A DNA stretch of 64,000 nucleotides, taken from IMG/VR virus record IMGVR_UViG_3300032282_006300, positions 32,001 through 96,000 of that record. One strand, given 5' to 3'. Below, piece after piece: positions 1 through 7,692 of this stretch (positions are counted from its first letter, which is position 1; each line of letters starts with the position of its first letter). Source of the DNA: a virus. Under the pieces are notes generated by a model that was not told the origin of the DNA, ran no database searches, and worked only from the letters and a program-made list of their open reading frames with translations. The translations under genes and the position numbers were made by a program.

Positions 1-195
1 GATGAAAGTTCGCAGTTCATACGCACCATCATCACTGCTCAGGGCAAGCCCCAGAACATTGTCGCGCACATACAGGTTGCTGAACGCGCTGGCCAGCATG
101 GCAAACACTTCAGGCGTGTAGGTGCGTTCATTGTTGTCAATGGCAACAGCGAAGTCCACGACTGCCTGAACCTCTGAGTCGCTGTGGCTAATCAC
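1..195 (-). CDS. Hypothetical protein, 5' part only (possibly DUF4192-like)
   Basis: Not in ORF track. GTG at 195 after AAGGAG RBS, overlapping upstream stop; reads MISHSDSEVQAVVDFAVAIDNNERTYTPEVFAMLASAFSNLYVRDNVLG... and runs off the window. Confidence 0.6.
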   Translation of the reverse strand, partial: MISHSDSEVQAVVDFAVAIDNNERTYTPEVFAMLASAFSNLYVRDNVLGLALSSDDGAYELRTFI

Positions 196-362
196 ATTGA
201 CTCCTTAGCAAGTTGGATAGCGCGAACCATACCGCTTGCCCAGCCATCGTTGTATTGGATTTCCTCGTCCTCCAACTCGCCTTCCTCAGCCTCAGCCTTG
301 TCTAGCGCGGTCGTCTGGTCGTGTTCTGCCTGAAGGACTTTGATGAGTTCCTCAATGGTCAT
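192..362 (-). CDS. Small acidic hypothetical protein (56 aa)
   Basis: Not in ORF track. MTIEELIKVLQAEHDQ...QLAKESM; AAGGAAGGAAG RBS, (CAA)7 leader and repeated promoter upstream. Confidence 0.75.
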   Translation of the reverse strand: MTIEELIKVLQAEHDQTTALDKAEAEEGELEDEEIQYNDGWASGMVRAIQLAKESM

Positions 363-378
363 TGTCTTGCTTCCTTCC

Positions 379-399
379 TTGTTGTTGTTGTTGTTGTTG
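379..399 (-). repeat. (CAA)7 tract in 5' leader
   Basis: Seven TTG units on + strand between promoter and RBS. Confidence 0.85.
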
Positions 400-404
400 G
401 TCTT

Positions 405-452
405 ACTATTTCACACACTCTGGTCATTTCGGTGTATTGACCTCGGCGTGTC
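405..452 (-). promoter_or_regulatory. Early-type promoter copy 1: GACACGCCG-N2-GTCAATAC-N23-AATAGT
   Basis: Same architecture in five intergenic regions. Confidence 0.7.
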
Positions 453-473
453 GTGGACTTATTTCGGAAGGTG

Positions 474-507
474 TTGCCCCTGCCCAATGGCGGTCAGGCA
501 GGGGCAA
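474..507 (-). terminator. Hairpin after rIIB
   Basis: TTGCCCCTGCC...GGCAGGGGCAA 11-bp stem just after stop. Confidence 0.6.
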
Positions 508-511
508 GTAC

Positions 512-1348
512 CTATCCCTCCTCGTAGAAGTCAAACGAGTTCCAAGCCTCGTCCTCGTCCCAATCGTTGTCCCAAGCAGAGCCGTCAGACCCAAGCAAGG
601 GCACATAGTCAGGGTTGGCAATCTCAGCCAACACTTCATAGCGACAGGTACGCAACTTCTGGAAGTCGCAGTCGCGCGGAACGGATACAACATCGCGAGG
701 GTTGATTTTCACCTTGACCACGCGAGGTGCGAAGGTGGAGGCGTAGTCCCAAGTGCCAGCGTGGAGTCCGGTAGAACAGCCCTCAAAGGCGTTTGCGTTC
801 ACGCGATTGCGAGGCATTTCCACGATTGACCCAACAGAGTTCGGGACATTACCGTAGACGGTCTGACCATCTACGATTGCTTCCCCAGAGTGAACCGAGG
901 TGAGGTCGTCCCTCAGACCCTTGTAGGCGATAAAGTCACCGTCCTCAGTAATGGTGAAGTTCCGGTCGTTGAGCCAAGTGTAAAGTTGCTCACGACTGTT
1001 GCCATTACGGTTCTGGAGTACCTTCTCGTAGAAGTTCACGAGAGGCACGAAATCGTAGATACCCTGCTTCTGAAAGCGCGAGATTTGCGCCGACAAAGAG
1101 TTGTCCACGAGTTCACCATCAACATACACACGACCATCGCTGATTGAGATACGGTCGCTGACCTTCTCAAAGGCTTGTCGTGCTTGCTCGGCTAGGTCAA
1201 ACAAGCCAAACACTTGAGGGTCGTCCTTGATAACTCCCTCAATAATCTGCGCGAACGCAGGGTGATTGTTGGTGGCTGTGTAGACCTTGCCACCTTGTAG
1301 CACCGTAATGGCTGAGCCATTACCTGTGCTGATGAGTTCGTAAAGCAT
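512..1348 (-). CDS. rIIB: rIIB-like protein
   Basis: ITEDGDFIAYK, MPRNRV, CSTGLHAG, INPRDVVSVP.D...KLRTCRY motifs; adjacent to rIIA. Confidence 0.85.
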   Translation of the reverse strand: MLYELISTGNGSAITVLQGGKVYTATNNHPAFAQIIEGVIKDDPQVFGLFDLAEQARQAFEKVSDRISISDGRVYVDGELVDNSLSAQISRFQKQGIYDFVPLVNFYEKVLQNRNGNSREQLYTWLNDRNFTITEDGDFIAYKGLRDDLTSVHSGEAIVDGQTVYGNVPNSVGSIVEMPRNRVNANAFEGCSTGLHAGTWDYASTFAPRVVKVKINPRDVVSVPRDCDFQKLRTCRYEVLAEIANPDYVPLLGSDGSAWDNDWDEDEAWNSFDFYEEG

Positions 1349-1378
1349 TTCGTTTCCTTCCTTGTAGTTGTTAGTTCT

Positions 1379-1426
1379 AACTTACCATCTGGGACTGACA
1401 AACCGTGTATTGACGACCGGCGTGTC
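1379..1426 (-). promoter_or_regulatory. Early-type promoter copy 2, also matching the PafBC/RecA-NDp pattern TTGTCAGTC-N8-TAAGTT
   Basis: GACACGCCG-N3-GTCAATAC-N22-TAAGTT. Confidence 0.7.
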
Positions 1427-1437
1427 GTGAGAAGTTT

Positions 1438-1482
1438 CGGCAGGGCAGGTCAGGCAGGGAAGCCCTGACCTGCCCCTGACCG
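1438..1482 (-). terminator. Hairpin between rIIA and rIIB
   Basis: GGGCAGGTCAGG...CCTGACCTGCCC stem. Confidence 0.6.
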
Positions 1483-3519
1483 TCACTCGCTGGACTGCTG
1501 ACGCAGGGCATAGGAAGCGTTGAGGTAGATAACAAACTCAGCCCTGACGAGTTCACTATCGGTCACACGACCCAGCCAGATTTCGTTGAGCAGGGGATAA
1601 CTGTGAAGGCTGGTCTTGTAGTCGCTGACCAAAGACTCACCGATAGAGAACGAAAGCGTTCGTGCCAACTTGCGGAACTTGCTCACGACCTCACCGACCT
1701 TCTCATAGCAATCTTTCAGGTCGCGCAGTTCGTCAATGAACTGCTGGTCGTCTACCAATCCCTCTAGCGCGTCAGCGAGTTTGGCTGGCTGACCGAACGA
1801 GTTGTTATTGGAGTTGTAGAGAACAACCTCGCGCGATGTGAACGCTGTCAATGCTTCAGCATAGTCGCGCTTGATTGCTTGTTGGACTGTCAGAGCCAGA
1901 GGGTTCTCTCGCAAGAACTTGTCCTGACGGTTCTTGGCAACTTCCACGACCGCGTAGTTGTCCTCCACAAAATGCTCCACAATACGATTGCGCGAATAGC
2001 CACGGTACTCGTCATTGCTCAGTTCCGTTGGCGAGAAGTAGAGAACCTGCTTGCCAGCAAAGTCAATGCTGTCGGCTGGCATAAGCCCTCCGTTGTTGGT
2101 GACAAGTTCCCAATCCTTAGTGCGTGTTGGGGAGTTCGCGGTGGTCGTTCCAACAGATTGCTTGTGAACTTTGATTGCCTTGATTGTTGAGTAATCAACG
2201 GCAAGAACATTGACCCACTCGCCGACAAAGTTGGTGTCTGCGAATAAGTATTCCGTTGGAGCAGTTTCCAAAGCGAGCGTGTCCACATAAGCGTTCACTC
2301 TCTCAATGGTCGTGGCAGAAGGGTACGACTCACTGCTGTATCCGGTGACAAGAAGTACCTTGCCCAAGTCGCTCGCAATAATAGAACTTTGACGAGAGTT
2401 CTTACGACTACCGTAAGAAGGACTGAGTTGGTGGAGCAGGTAAGAATAACGGAACTGATTGGGCACAGTTTCGCCCCTGAACTCAAACCGCTTGTTGCTG
2501 TCCTCAATGTTGCGCGCAATCGCTCGCCATTGGGTCGCTTCCTCAAAGGCTTCTGCCTTGTTGTTAGCCCTTCCGACATCGGCATAGGCTTTATTGCGTG
2601 CGTTCTTGCGTGCGATGTTCACGAGTTCGGCAAGTCGCTTCTCGGTTCGGTCTGTCAAGTGTAGTTCCTCACGGCTTGGCACGAAGTTGAGTTCGCCCAT
2701 TGGAACTGTGAATACGACAAGGCAATCAAACCAACGGTTGAGTTCGTCTGCGATGTTGCGTGGAGCAGGGTAAGGCACTCCACCCATTACGAAGGTGTGC
2801 GCGCTAATCCTGTCGTCTACCGATTGCGCGCGCCAAGAACTCCAAGCAGGCAGGTTGGTAGCAACAATGGACACATCGTCAGTTCCGACTTCCTTGCCCT
2901 CCACCTTGACATTAGGTTCACCGTCAATCAAGACAGAACCGGACTCCCAGACAGAGAACAGTATCTTAGCCTTGCTTGCGAACTTGTTGTCCGGCTTGGC
3001 TGGGACAGTAATCTTGACTCCGTTGCGTTCGGTCGTGGAGGCGGTGTCCATCACCGACATAGTGCCAGCACCGTCAGTCTTGACTGAGATAAGTACCTCA
3101 GACTTCACACCGTCCTTCACAGCCGTCATAATGAACTGTGAGGCATAGGTCAGGGCAGACTTTGAGCCAAGACCGAGCATACCTGTTTGCTCATTGGACT
3201 CGCGCTTAGTGCTTGCTCCATAGCGTGAGTAGATAGCAGTAATGTCGTCAAGCGACAGCCCTAAGCCAAAGTCCTGAATAGTCAGGAACGGAGAGAGCGT
3301 GTTGGGGAGATTGACCTCAATGGGGGCAGGGTTGCCAGAGGCGATGTGAGAGTCGCGCGCGTTGCTGGAATACTCACGCAAGACTGCCATTTCGGGGTCG
3401 GAGTAGAGGTTGGTCAGAACGCTCATAATGTGAGCGAGCGAGTTCTGGTCAATGCTCATCTCAATGGACTCGCCCTCAAAGGTTGAGGACTTACGAATAC
3501 CTGTCTTTGCTGGTATCAC
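1483..3519 (-). CDS. rIIA: rIIA-like protein with N-terminal GHKL/HSP90-type ATPase domain
   Basis: LYSDPEMAVLREYSSNARDSH, IQDFGLGLS, YGASTK, GLGSKS, PSREEL; start moved to GTG 3519 behind GAAGGGAAG. Confidence 0.85.
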   Translation of the reverse strand: MIPAKTGIRKSSTFEGESIEMSIDQNSLAHIMSVLTNLYSDPEMAVLREYSSNARDSHIASGNPAPIEVNLPNTLSPFLTIQDFGLGLSLDDITAIYSRYGASTKRESNEQTGMLGLGSKSALTYASQFIMTAVKDGVKSEVLISVKTDGAGTMSVMDTASTTERNGVKITVPAKPDNKFASKAKILFSVWESGSVLIDGEPNVKVEGKEVGTDDVSIVATNLPAWSSWRAQSVDDRISAHTFVMGGVPYPAPRNIADELNRWFDCLVVFTVPMGELNFVPSREELHLTDRTEKRLAELVNIARKNARNKAYADVGRANNKAEAFEEATQWRAIARNIEDSNKRFEFRGETVPNQFRYSYLLHQLSPSYGSRKNSRQSSIIASDLGKVLLVTGYSSESYPSATTIERVNAYVDTLALETAPTEYLFADTNFVGEWVNVLAVDYSTIKAIKVHKQSVGTTTANSPTRTKDWELVTNNGGLMPADSIDFAGKQVLYFSPTELSNDEYRGYSRNRIVEHFVEDNYAVVEVAKNRQDKFLRENPLALTVQQAIKRDYAEALTAFTSREVVLYNSNNNSFGQPAKLADALEGLVDDQQFIDELRDLKDCYEKVGEVVSKFRKLARTLSFSIGESLVSDYKTSLHSYPLLNEIWLGRVTDSELVRAEFVIYLNASYALRQQSSE

Positions 3520-3571
3520 TTTGGAACTTCCCTTCGGTTGTTGTTGGTGACGGTCATCACCTTGTGCCCTA

Positions 3572-3620
3572 ATCATTACACGACAAACGCCGATACTCGT
3601 GGATTGAGTACCGGCGTGTC
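3572..3620 (-). promoter_or_regulatory. Early-type promoter copy 3
   Basis: GACACGCCG-N3-CTCAATCC-N23-AATGAT. Confidence 0.6.
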
Positions 3621-3630
3621 GCGGATTATT

Positions 3631-3993
3631 TCAGAACGAGTAGGTATTGACCTTCTCAACCGATTTCATACGAGCCTTCAGCACCTTCTCGTACTCCGAA
3701 CGCTCGTGATACACATAGCCACAGGAGTTGCCTGTGCCAACGAAGTAGAAGATTGTGGTGAAGCAGTTGTAAGGGTCACAGGCGTTGTCCATCTTCCACC
3801 TCAGACCCCCCATGTCGTCTACCCAAACATCGTCAATCGGGATACCGCAGGAGAAGTGATACACCTTCGCCAGATAGTCCTTCTTGACCCACCCTTTCGG
3901 GTTGAGCAGTCGCGCAGTCTTGGAGGCTTCCGTCAGGCTGGTGTTCTTTCCCCAGCGACCGTTTCCACCAATGACGACATAGAAATCAGACAT
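3631..3993 (-). CDS. Hypothetical protein
   Basis: 120-aa ORF with GGGGAG RBS and repeated promoter upstream. Confidence 0.7.
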   Translation of the reverse strand: MSDFYVVIGGNGRWGKNTSLTEASKTARLLNPKGWVKKDYLAKVYHFSCGIPIDDVWVDDMGGLRWKMDNACDPYNCFTTIFYFVGTGNSCGYVYHERSEYEKVLKARMKSVEKVNTYSF

Positions 3994-4041
3994 ACAATCA
4001 TCTCCCCTGTTGAGTTATGCCAGCACTTGCTGACAAGAACT

Positions 4042-4092
4042 AACTTAGCACCTCAGACCCCCGAAACCGTGTATTGACCGCTTCGGCGTGTC
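4042..4092 (-). promoter_or_regulatory. Early-type promoter copy 4
   Basis: GACACGCCG-N5-GTCAATAC-N23-TAAGTT with TGn extension. Confidence 0.7.
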
Positions 4093-4318
4093 GCCGGAAT
4101 AGAGATTTCCAACTATTTCCAAACTCTCGGCGTGTCGCTACAAGGGCTGTATGTAAATGCTCTGTAATCGCCTGAAACGATGTGGTTGGTATGGTTGGGT
4201 GGATACGGGGGGTAAGTGGCTCAAATCGCCTCCTACGGCTTCTAAAGACCATTGTCCCACATTGTTCCACTATGTCCGATTTGCTCTGCTCTGTTGAGTT
4301 ATGGCTTTCGCTACCTCA

Positions 4319-4367
4319 AGCATAGCATCACTTGACCCAAAATCTTGGTATTGACTCTCGGCGTGTC
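4319..4367 (-). promoter_or_regulatory. Early-type promoter copy 5
   Basis: GACACGCCG-N3-GTCAATAC-N23-TATGCT with TGn extension. Confidence 0.7.
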
Positions 4368-4654
4368 GTGAAAAGATTTATTTATTTTCGGCGTGTCGGT
4401 ACTTGATTTCGCGCCTCAAAAGAGTAAAGTTGAGTTTGGTGCCCAAAAACATTTATTCGTACAGGTGTTCTAATCCAACGACACTCTGTTGCCTCGGTTC
4501 CCTAACTCACCAGCCTAATGCCAAATGGGGCACTTGTCAAAGACCGACACGCGGTTTGGTAGGTGTTTATCATCACACTCAAATCGGCGTGTCTTGCCAA
4601 GATTTCAGGTATGGTTCGGCTATGGTGGTCGTGCCCACGAGCATAACCTACCTT

Positions 4655-4682
4655 ACTTGACATAATGTGTATTATCGGCGTG
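4655..4682 (-). other. dif-like XerC/XerD recombination site
   Basis: CACGCCGATAA-TACACA-TTATGTCAAGT: 11-6-11 layout with actinobacterial-type XerD arm. Confidence 0.8.
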
Positions 4683-4824
4683 AGCCACTACGAGTAGGAG
4701 GTCTAGGCACAAATGCCCTTCAGAAGCCCTGTAAGGCTCGCTGAGGGACTTACCCTCCTTCTGTAGGCAATCACCCTAGCCCTTACCTGTTAGGCGCTCA
4801 TGAAGCCATACAGAGCCTCCAAAT

Positions 4825-4951
4825 CTATCCACAGACCTCACGCCTGTATCCACAGGTTATCCACAGGTCGCAAGTTATCCACAGGTTATCCACAAGGTTG
4901 TCCACATTGTGGATAAAATCTGTGGATAACTTGTCCACAGCCTGTGGATAG
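4825..4951. promoter_or_regulatory. Cluster of 10 DnaA boxes
   Basis: TT(A/G)TCCACA perfect at 4857, 4875, 4886, 4898, 4931 (+) and 4908, 4921 (-); one-mismatch at 4825, 4846, 4943. Confidence 0.85.
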
Positions 4952-5056
4952 TGCCTGTCCGTTATGTCCGATTTGCCAGACACGGGGGGTCTCAGCGCCA
5001 GCCAGACCCGCGGGGAGCCATACCATACCCCTACCCCCGCCGCGCGCGTGGACCAT

Positions 5057-5275
5057 AGTCCGGTCCAGTCCGGTCCGTGAGCATGAGCATGACCGGTGTC
5101 AGTGAGCATGACCGAGTCCGGTGTCAGGGCTATAGTCCGATTTCAGTCCGGCGGTTCCCAAAAATAGTCCGAACTTAGTCCGAAGATCAGTCCGAAGCAT
5201 TTTTAAATAGTCCGGACCCATACATGTAAAAAGTCCTCGGCACATCTAGTCCGAAAATAGTCCGGCCATAGTCCG
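5057..5275 (+). repeat. Twelve AGTCCG direct repeats, mostly helically phased
   Basis: Starts 5057, 5067, 5115, 5134, 5145, 5166, 5177, 5189, 5209, 5248, 5259, 5270. Confidence 0.9.
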
Positions 5276-5370
5276 ACACAAGTACGCTCGCGTGACGCTC
5301 GCAACTTAATTCAACTTGTTCTCGCCGCCGACTCTTCTTGCACAGCGAACGTGTCCGTAGGCACAAAAAG

Positions 5371-5420
5371 ATGGTAGAAAGTGGTAGAAAGTGGTGCATG
5401 GTGGGGCTTTGTGGGACTTT
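5371..5420 (+). promoter_or_regulatory. MraZ-box-like array: five (A/G)TGG units at 10-bp period
   Basis: ATGGTAGAAA GTGGTAGAAA GTGGTGCATG GTGGGGCTTT GTGGGACTTT. Confidence 0.6.
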
Positions 5421-5575
5421 GCTATTAGATATCTGTTAGTGAACTATTGTCCCTATTCGCACGCTTGATTGTAAACGGTACGGGTAATCTTCCAAACACT
5501 ATCGTCCACATGAACGCTACTATGATGTCCATGAGGATATGATCAGGGTCAGATATGTTTTCTAGGAATTGTTCT

Positions 5576-6235
5576 TTACTGATCATAGGACTGATCGTAG
5601 GTGGGATCGTCTTTGATCTCCCGATAGATTCTTTGGTAATCCATCTTTTCTTTGTAATGTTTTTCACACTGGGGTTGTGTTTGACCACTTGTTGTTACAT
5701 AGTCTGCGAATCTTTTCTCAGGACATTGTGAGCATTTTGTTTGGCTCAATAGTTCACTGGCGACTTTTACGGCGATCCGCGGGGTCTTCCCCTGATATTT
5801 CCCTTCAAGGATCCCGTGTTCGCGCACATGCTCGCGGGCGCGGTTGATCGTATCCTCGTTGGGGTCTTCATGTTCTTCGGGGTCTTGATCAGTCCGTGAC
5901 CAGTCCGCGTGATTAGTCTTGTCCGGGTCGATGCCCTTGTAGGGCAAGGGGTGCTTTCCAGCAGAGTCATAAGCATGCGTGTCGTCGTGCGCGAAGTAGT
6001 GCGATGGGACCTCCATCTTGTCGCCATCGCTGTCTGTCAAGACCCACCCCATCGCCCCGAAACGAAGAGAAGGCTTCTCGCGGATCAGTGCGTGAGCGTA
6101 TTCAAGGCAATTGCCGTGCTGCCAGTCGCGCCAGCCGTGGAGGTTGTATCCTCGCTCTTGGTAGTCCTTCTCCCATTCCGCAGTTTCTAGGCTGTCTTCA
6201 TTGTTTTCAGCGACTTTGTACCATAGGTTAGCCAT
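5576..6235 (-). CDS. NLWYK-leader protein with papain/transglutaminase-like core and C-terminal Zn finger
   Basis: MANLWYKVA; GNCLEYAHAL...PSHYFAH...AYDSAG; CSQC..CEKH after RIAVKVA linker. Confidence 0.75.
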   Translation of the reverse strand: MANLWYKVAENNEDSLETAEWEKDYQERGYNLHGWRDWQHGNCLEYAHALIREKPSLRFGAMGWVLTDSDGDKMEVPSHYFAHDDTHAYDSAGKHPLPYKGIDPDKTNHADWSRTDQDPEEHEDPNEDTINRAREHVREHGILEGKYQGKTPRIAVKVASELLSQTKCSQCPEKRFADYVTTSGQTQPQCEKHYKEKMDYQRIYREIKDDPTYDQSYDQ

Positions 6236-6277
6236 TATTGTTCTCCGTTATATTGAAAATACACAAGTAAAATTGCT

Positions 6278-7000
6278 TTAAAATTTCCATCCGACGTCTT
6301 GTCCAACGTAAGGGCTTGGACTTAAATGATGATTAATCCGGTTTTTAATACAACTAGAGGCATCTGGATCTAAACAACCATTTTTTTCTGCAAGCGTTCC
6401 ATCAAAAAGACCATTGTAAAGATTTCCACAACGAAGGCATTCATGTTCCCAACCATAATGTGTTTGTACGGGAATATGAAGCGAACTTTTCCAACCCTGT
6501 GATATTGTGCTTTTTAATTCAAAATGCGATCCTGTTTCGGGATCCTTTTCGGATCCGTTGGACCTTAAAGGAGATTGTTGCGCTTCTGCTCCATGTAACC
6601 ATGAACCTAAACCTTGTGTATGTAGATACATGGCTGGTCCAGAATTGTCGTGTTTTAAAATTCCACAATTTATGCCAACTAGGCCACCGTCACCATAAAT
6701 ACCATGTTTTCCGTATATAATCCTATTGTCGTTATGATTATATACGGAACCTTCTTTAAGAATATCTGATACATGTTTTTCGCAATGGTGACAATAATCT
6801 GTTCTGTCATCCATCAATGTGCTTAAATTTTCGCCTTTTAATGTTTCGAAACCTTTATGTATATGGCTCAAATATAAAGAAGGGTTATAAATATGGCGCA
6901 AAGCGGGCGCATTGTGAAACCTACCAATTGCTGGGTTATTATTAAGTTCAGAAACCCAACTTGGTGTATCTGAAGCGACTTTGTACCATAAATTACTCAT
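6278..7000 (-). CDS. NLWYK-leader Cys/His-rich protein
   Basis: Start moved to ATG 7000 (MSNLWYKVA, TAATG overlap); CHHC and CLRC motifs. Confidence 0.75.
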   Translation of the reverse strand: MSNLWYKVASDTPSWVSELNNNPAIGRFHNAPALRHIYNPSLYLSHIHKGFETLKGENLSTLMDDRTDYCHHCEKHVSDILKEGSVYNHNDNRIIYGKHGIYGDGGLVGINCGILKHDNSGPAMYLHTQGLGSWLHGAEAQQSPLRSNGSEKDPETGSHFELKSTISQGWKSSLHIPVQTHYGWEHECLRCGNLYNGLFDGTLAEKNGCLDPDASSCIKNRINHHLSPSPYVGQDVGWKF

Positions 7001-7692
7001 TATTGCTCCTCGCCTTTGAAAAGATATAAACCATTCTTTTGGCGCCATTCTGCTTCTGATCCTAGAAGGGTCTCTAGATCTCCTGCGGTACCATAGGCTT
7101 TTGCTTGTTCGTCAGAAATGTGACCCCCGGGCCAAAGGTCTTTATGGTGAACATAATCTCGGGTTTCCTCTAAAGTATCTTTAAAAGCATGTGGGGTGAA
7201 TATGTCATGTGCAATACAAGAATCAGGATGCCCCGTCGCTTTTACCATTTTTAATTTGTGTTCTTGGCATTCTTTTTGTGAATGTGGTCTGGCGGGCAAT
7301 ATGCTTCCCATAACACAAGTAGGACATTCAACGCCATTTATGTTATTTTTTCTTAATTCTTGAAAAGAAATGGGTTTTTCAATTGATCCACCACGTGAAT
7401 GTTTTAGAAATTTTTCTTTACATTCGTCTCTATTGCAAATAAAAAATTCATGACCAGACCCATTTTTTGCTACGTGGGCAATTTTATCTTGAGGGCTTCT
7501 CAAATGTGAAATATTTTCCCAATATTTATTTGCATATATTGTACGTTGTTTAGTATTTAATTCTCCAGCAACATCAAAAAATTTAAATTTACCTTCAATA
7601 GGAGCAGGTTCATTATCTTCGGGCACCCTTAACCAGTCTGGTTCTCTCATATGGTCACCATAATCAGCAACTTTGTACCATAGGTTACTCAT
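7000..7692 (-). CDS. NLWYK-leader Zn-finger paralog
   Basis: MSNLWYKVA; SFQELR..CPTC..RPHSQKEC..AYGTAGDLE. Confidence 0.8.
   Translation of the reverse strand: MSNLWYKVADYGDHMREPDWLRVPEDNEPAPIEGKFKFFDVAGELNTKQRTIYANKYWENISHLRSPQDKIAHVAKNGSGHEFFICNRDECKEKFLKHSRGGSIEKPISFQELRKNNINGVECPTCVMGSILPARPHSQKECQEHKLKMVKATGHPDSCIAHDIFTPHAFKDTLEETRDYVHHKDLWPGGHISDEQAKAYGTAGDLETLLGSEAEWRQKNGLYLFKGEEQ

Noticed and set aside
434-470. GTATTGAC read as a + strand -35 element
   Set aside because: No consistent -10 at 17 bp across copies, whereas minus-strand spacing is conserved
4825-4951. Bacterial oriC, i.e. window is host chromosome
   Set aside because: No dnaA, dnaN or rpmH; both flanks are phage genes
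5057-5275. AGTCCG array as CRISPR
   Set aside because: Repeat is 6 bp with mostly 4-15-bp gaps; no cas operon, and the Cas4-like gene is a typical stand-alone phage nuclease
4040-5688. ORFs 4040-4270, 4403-4660, 4825-5109, 5187-5399, 5425-5688
   Set aside because: They translate promoter, dif, DnaA-box or repeat DNA, or overlap a better gene; no RBS
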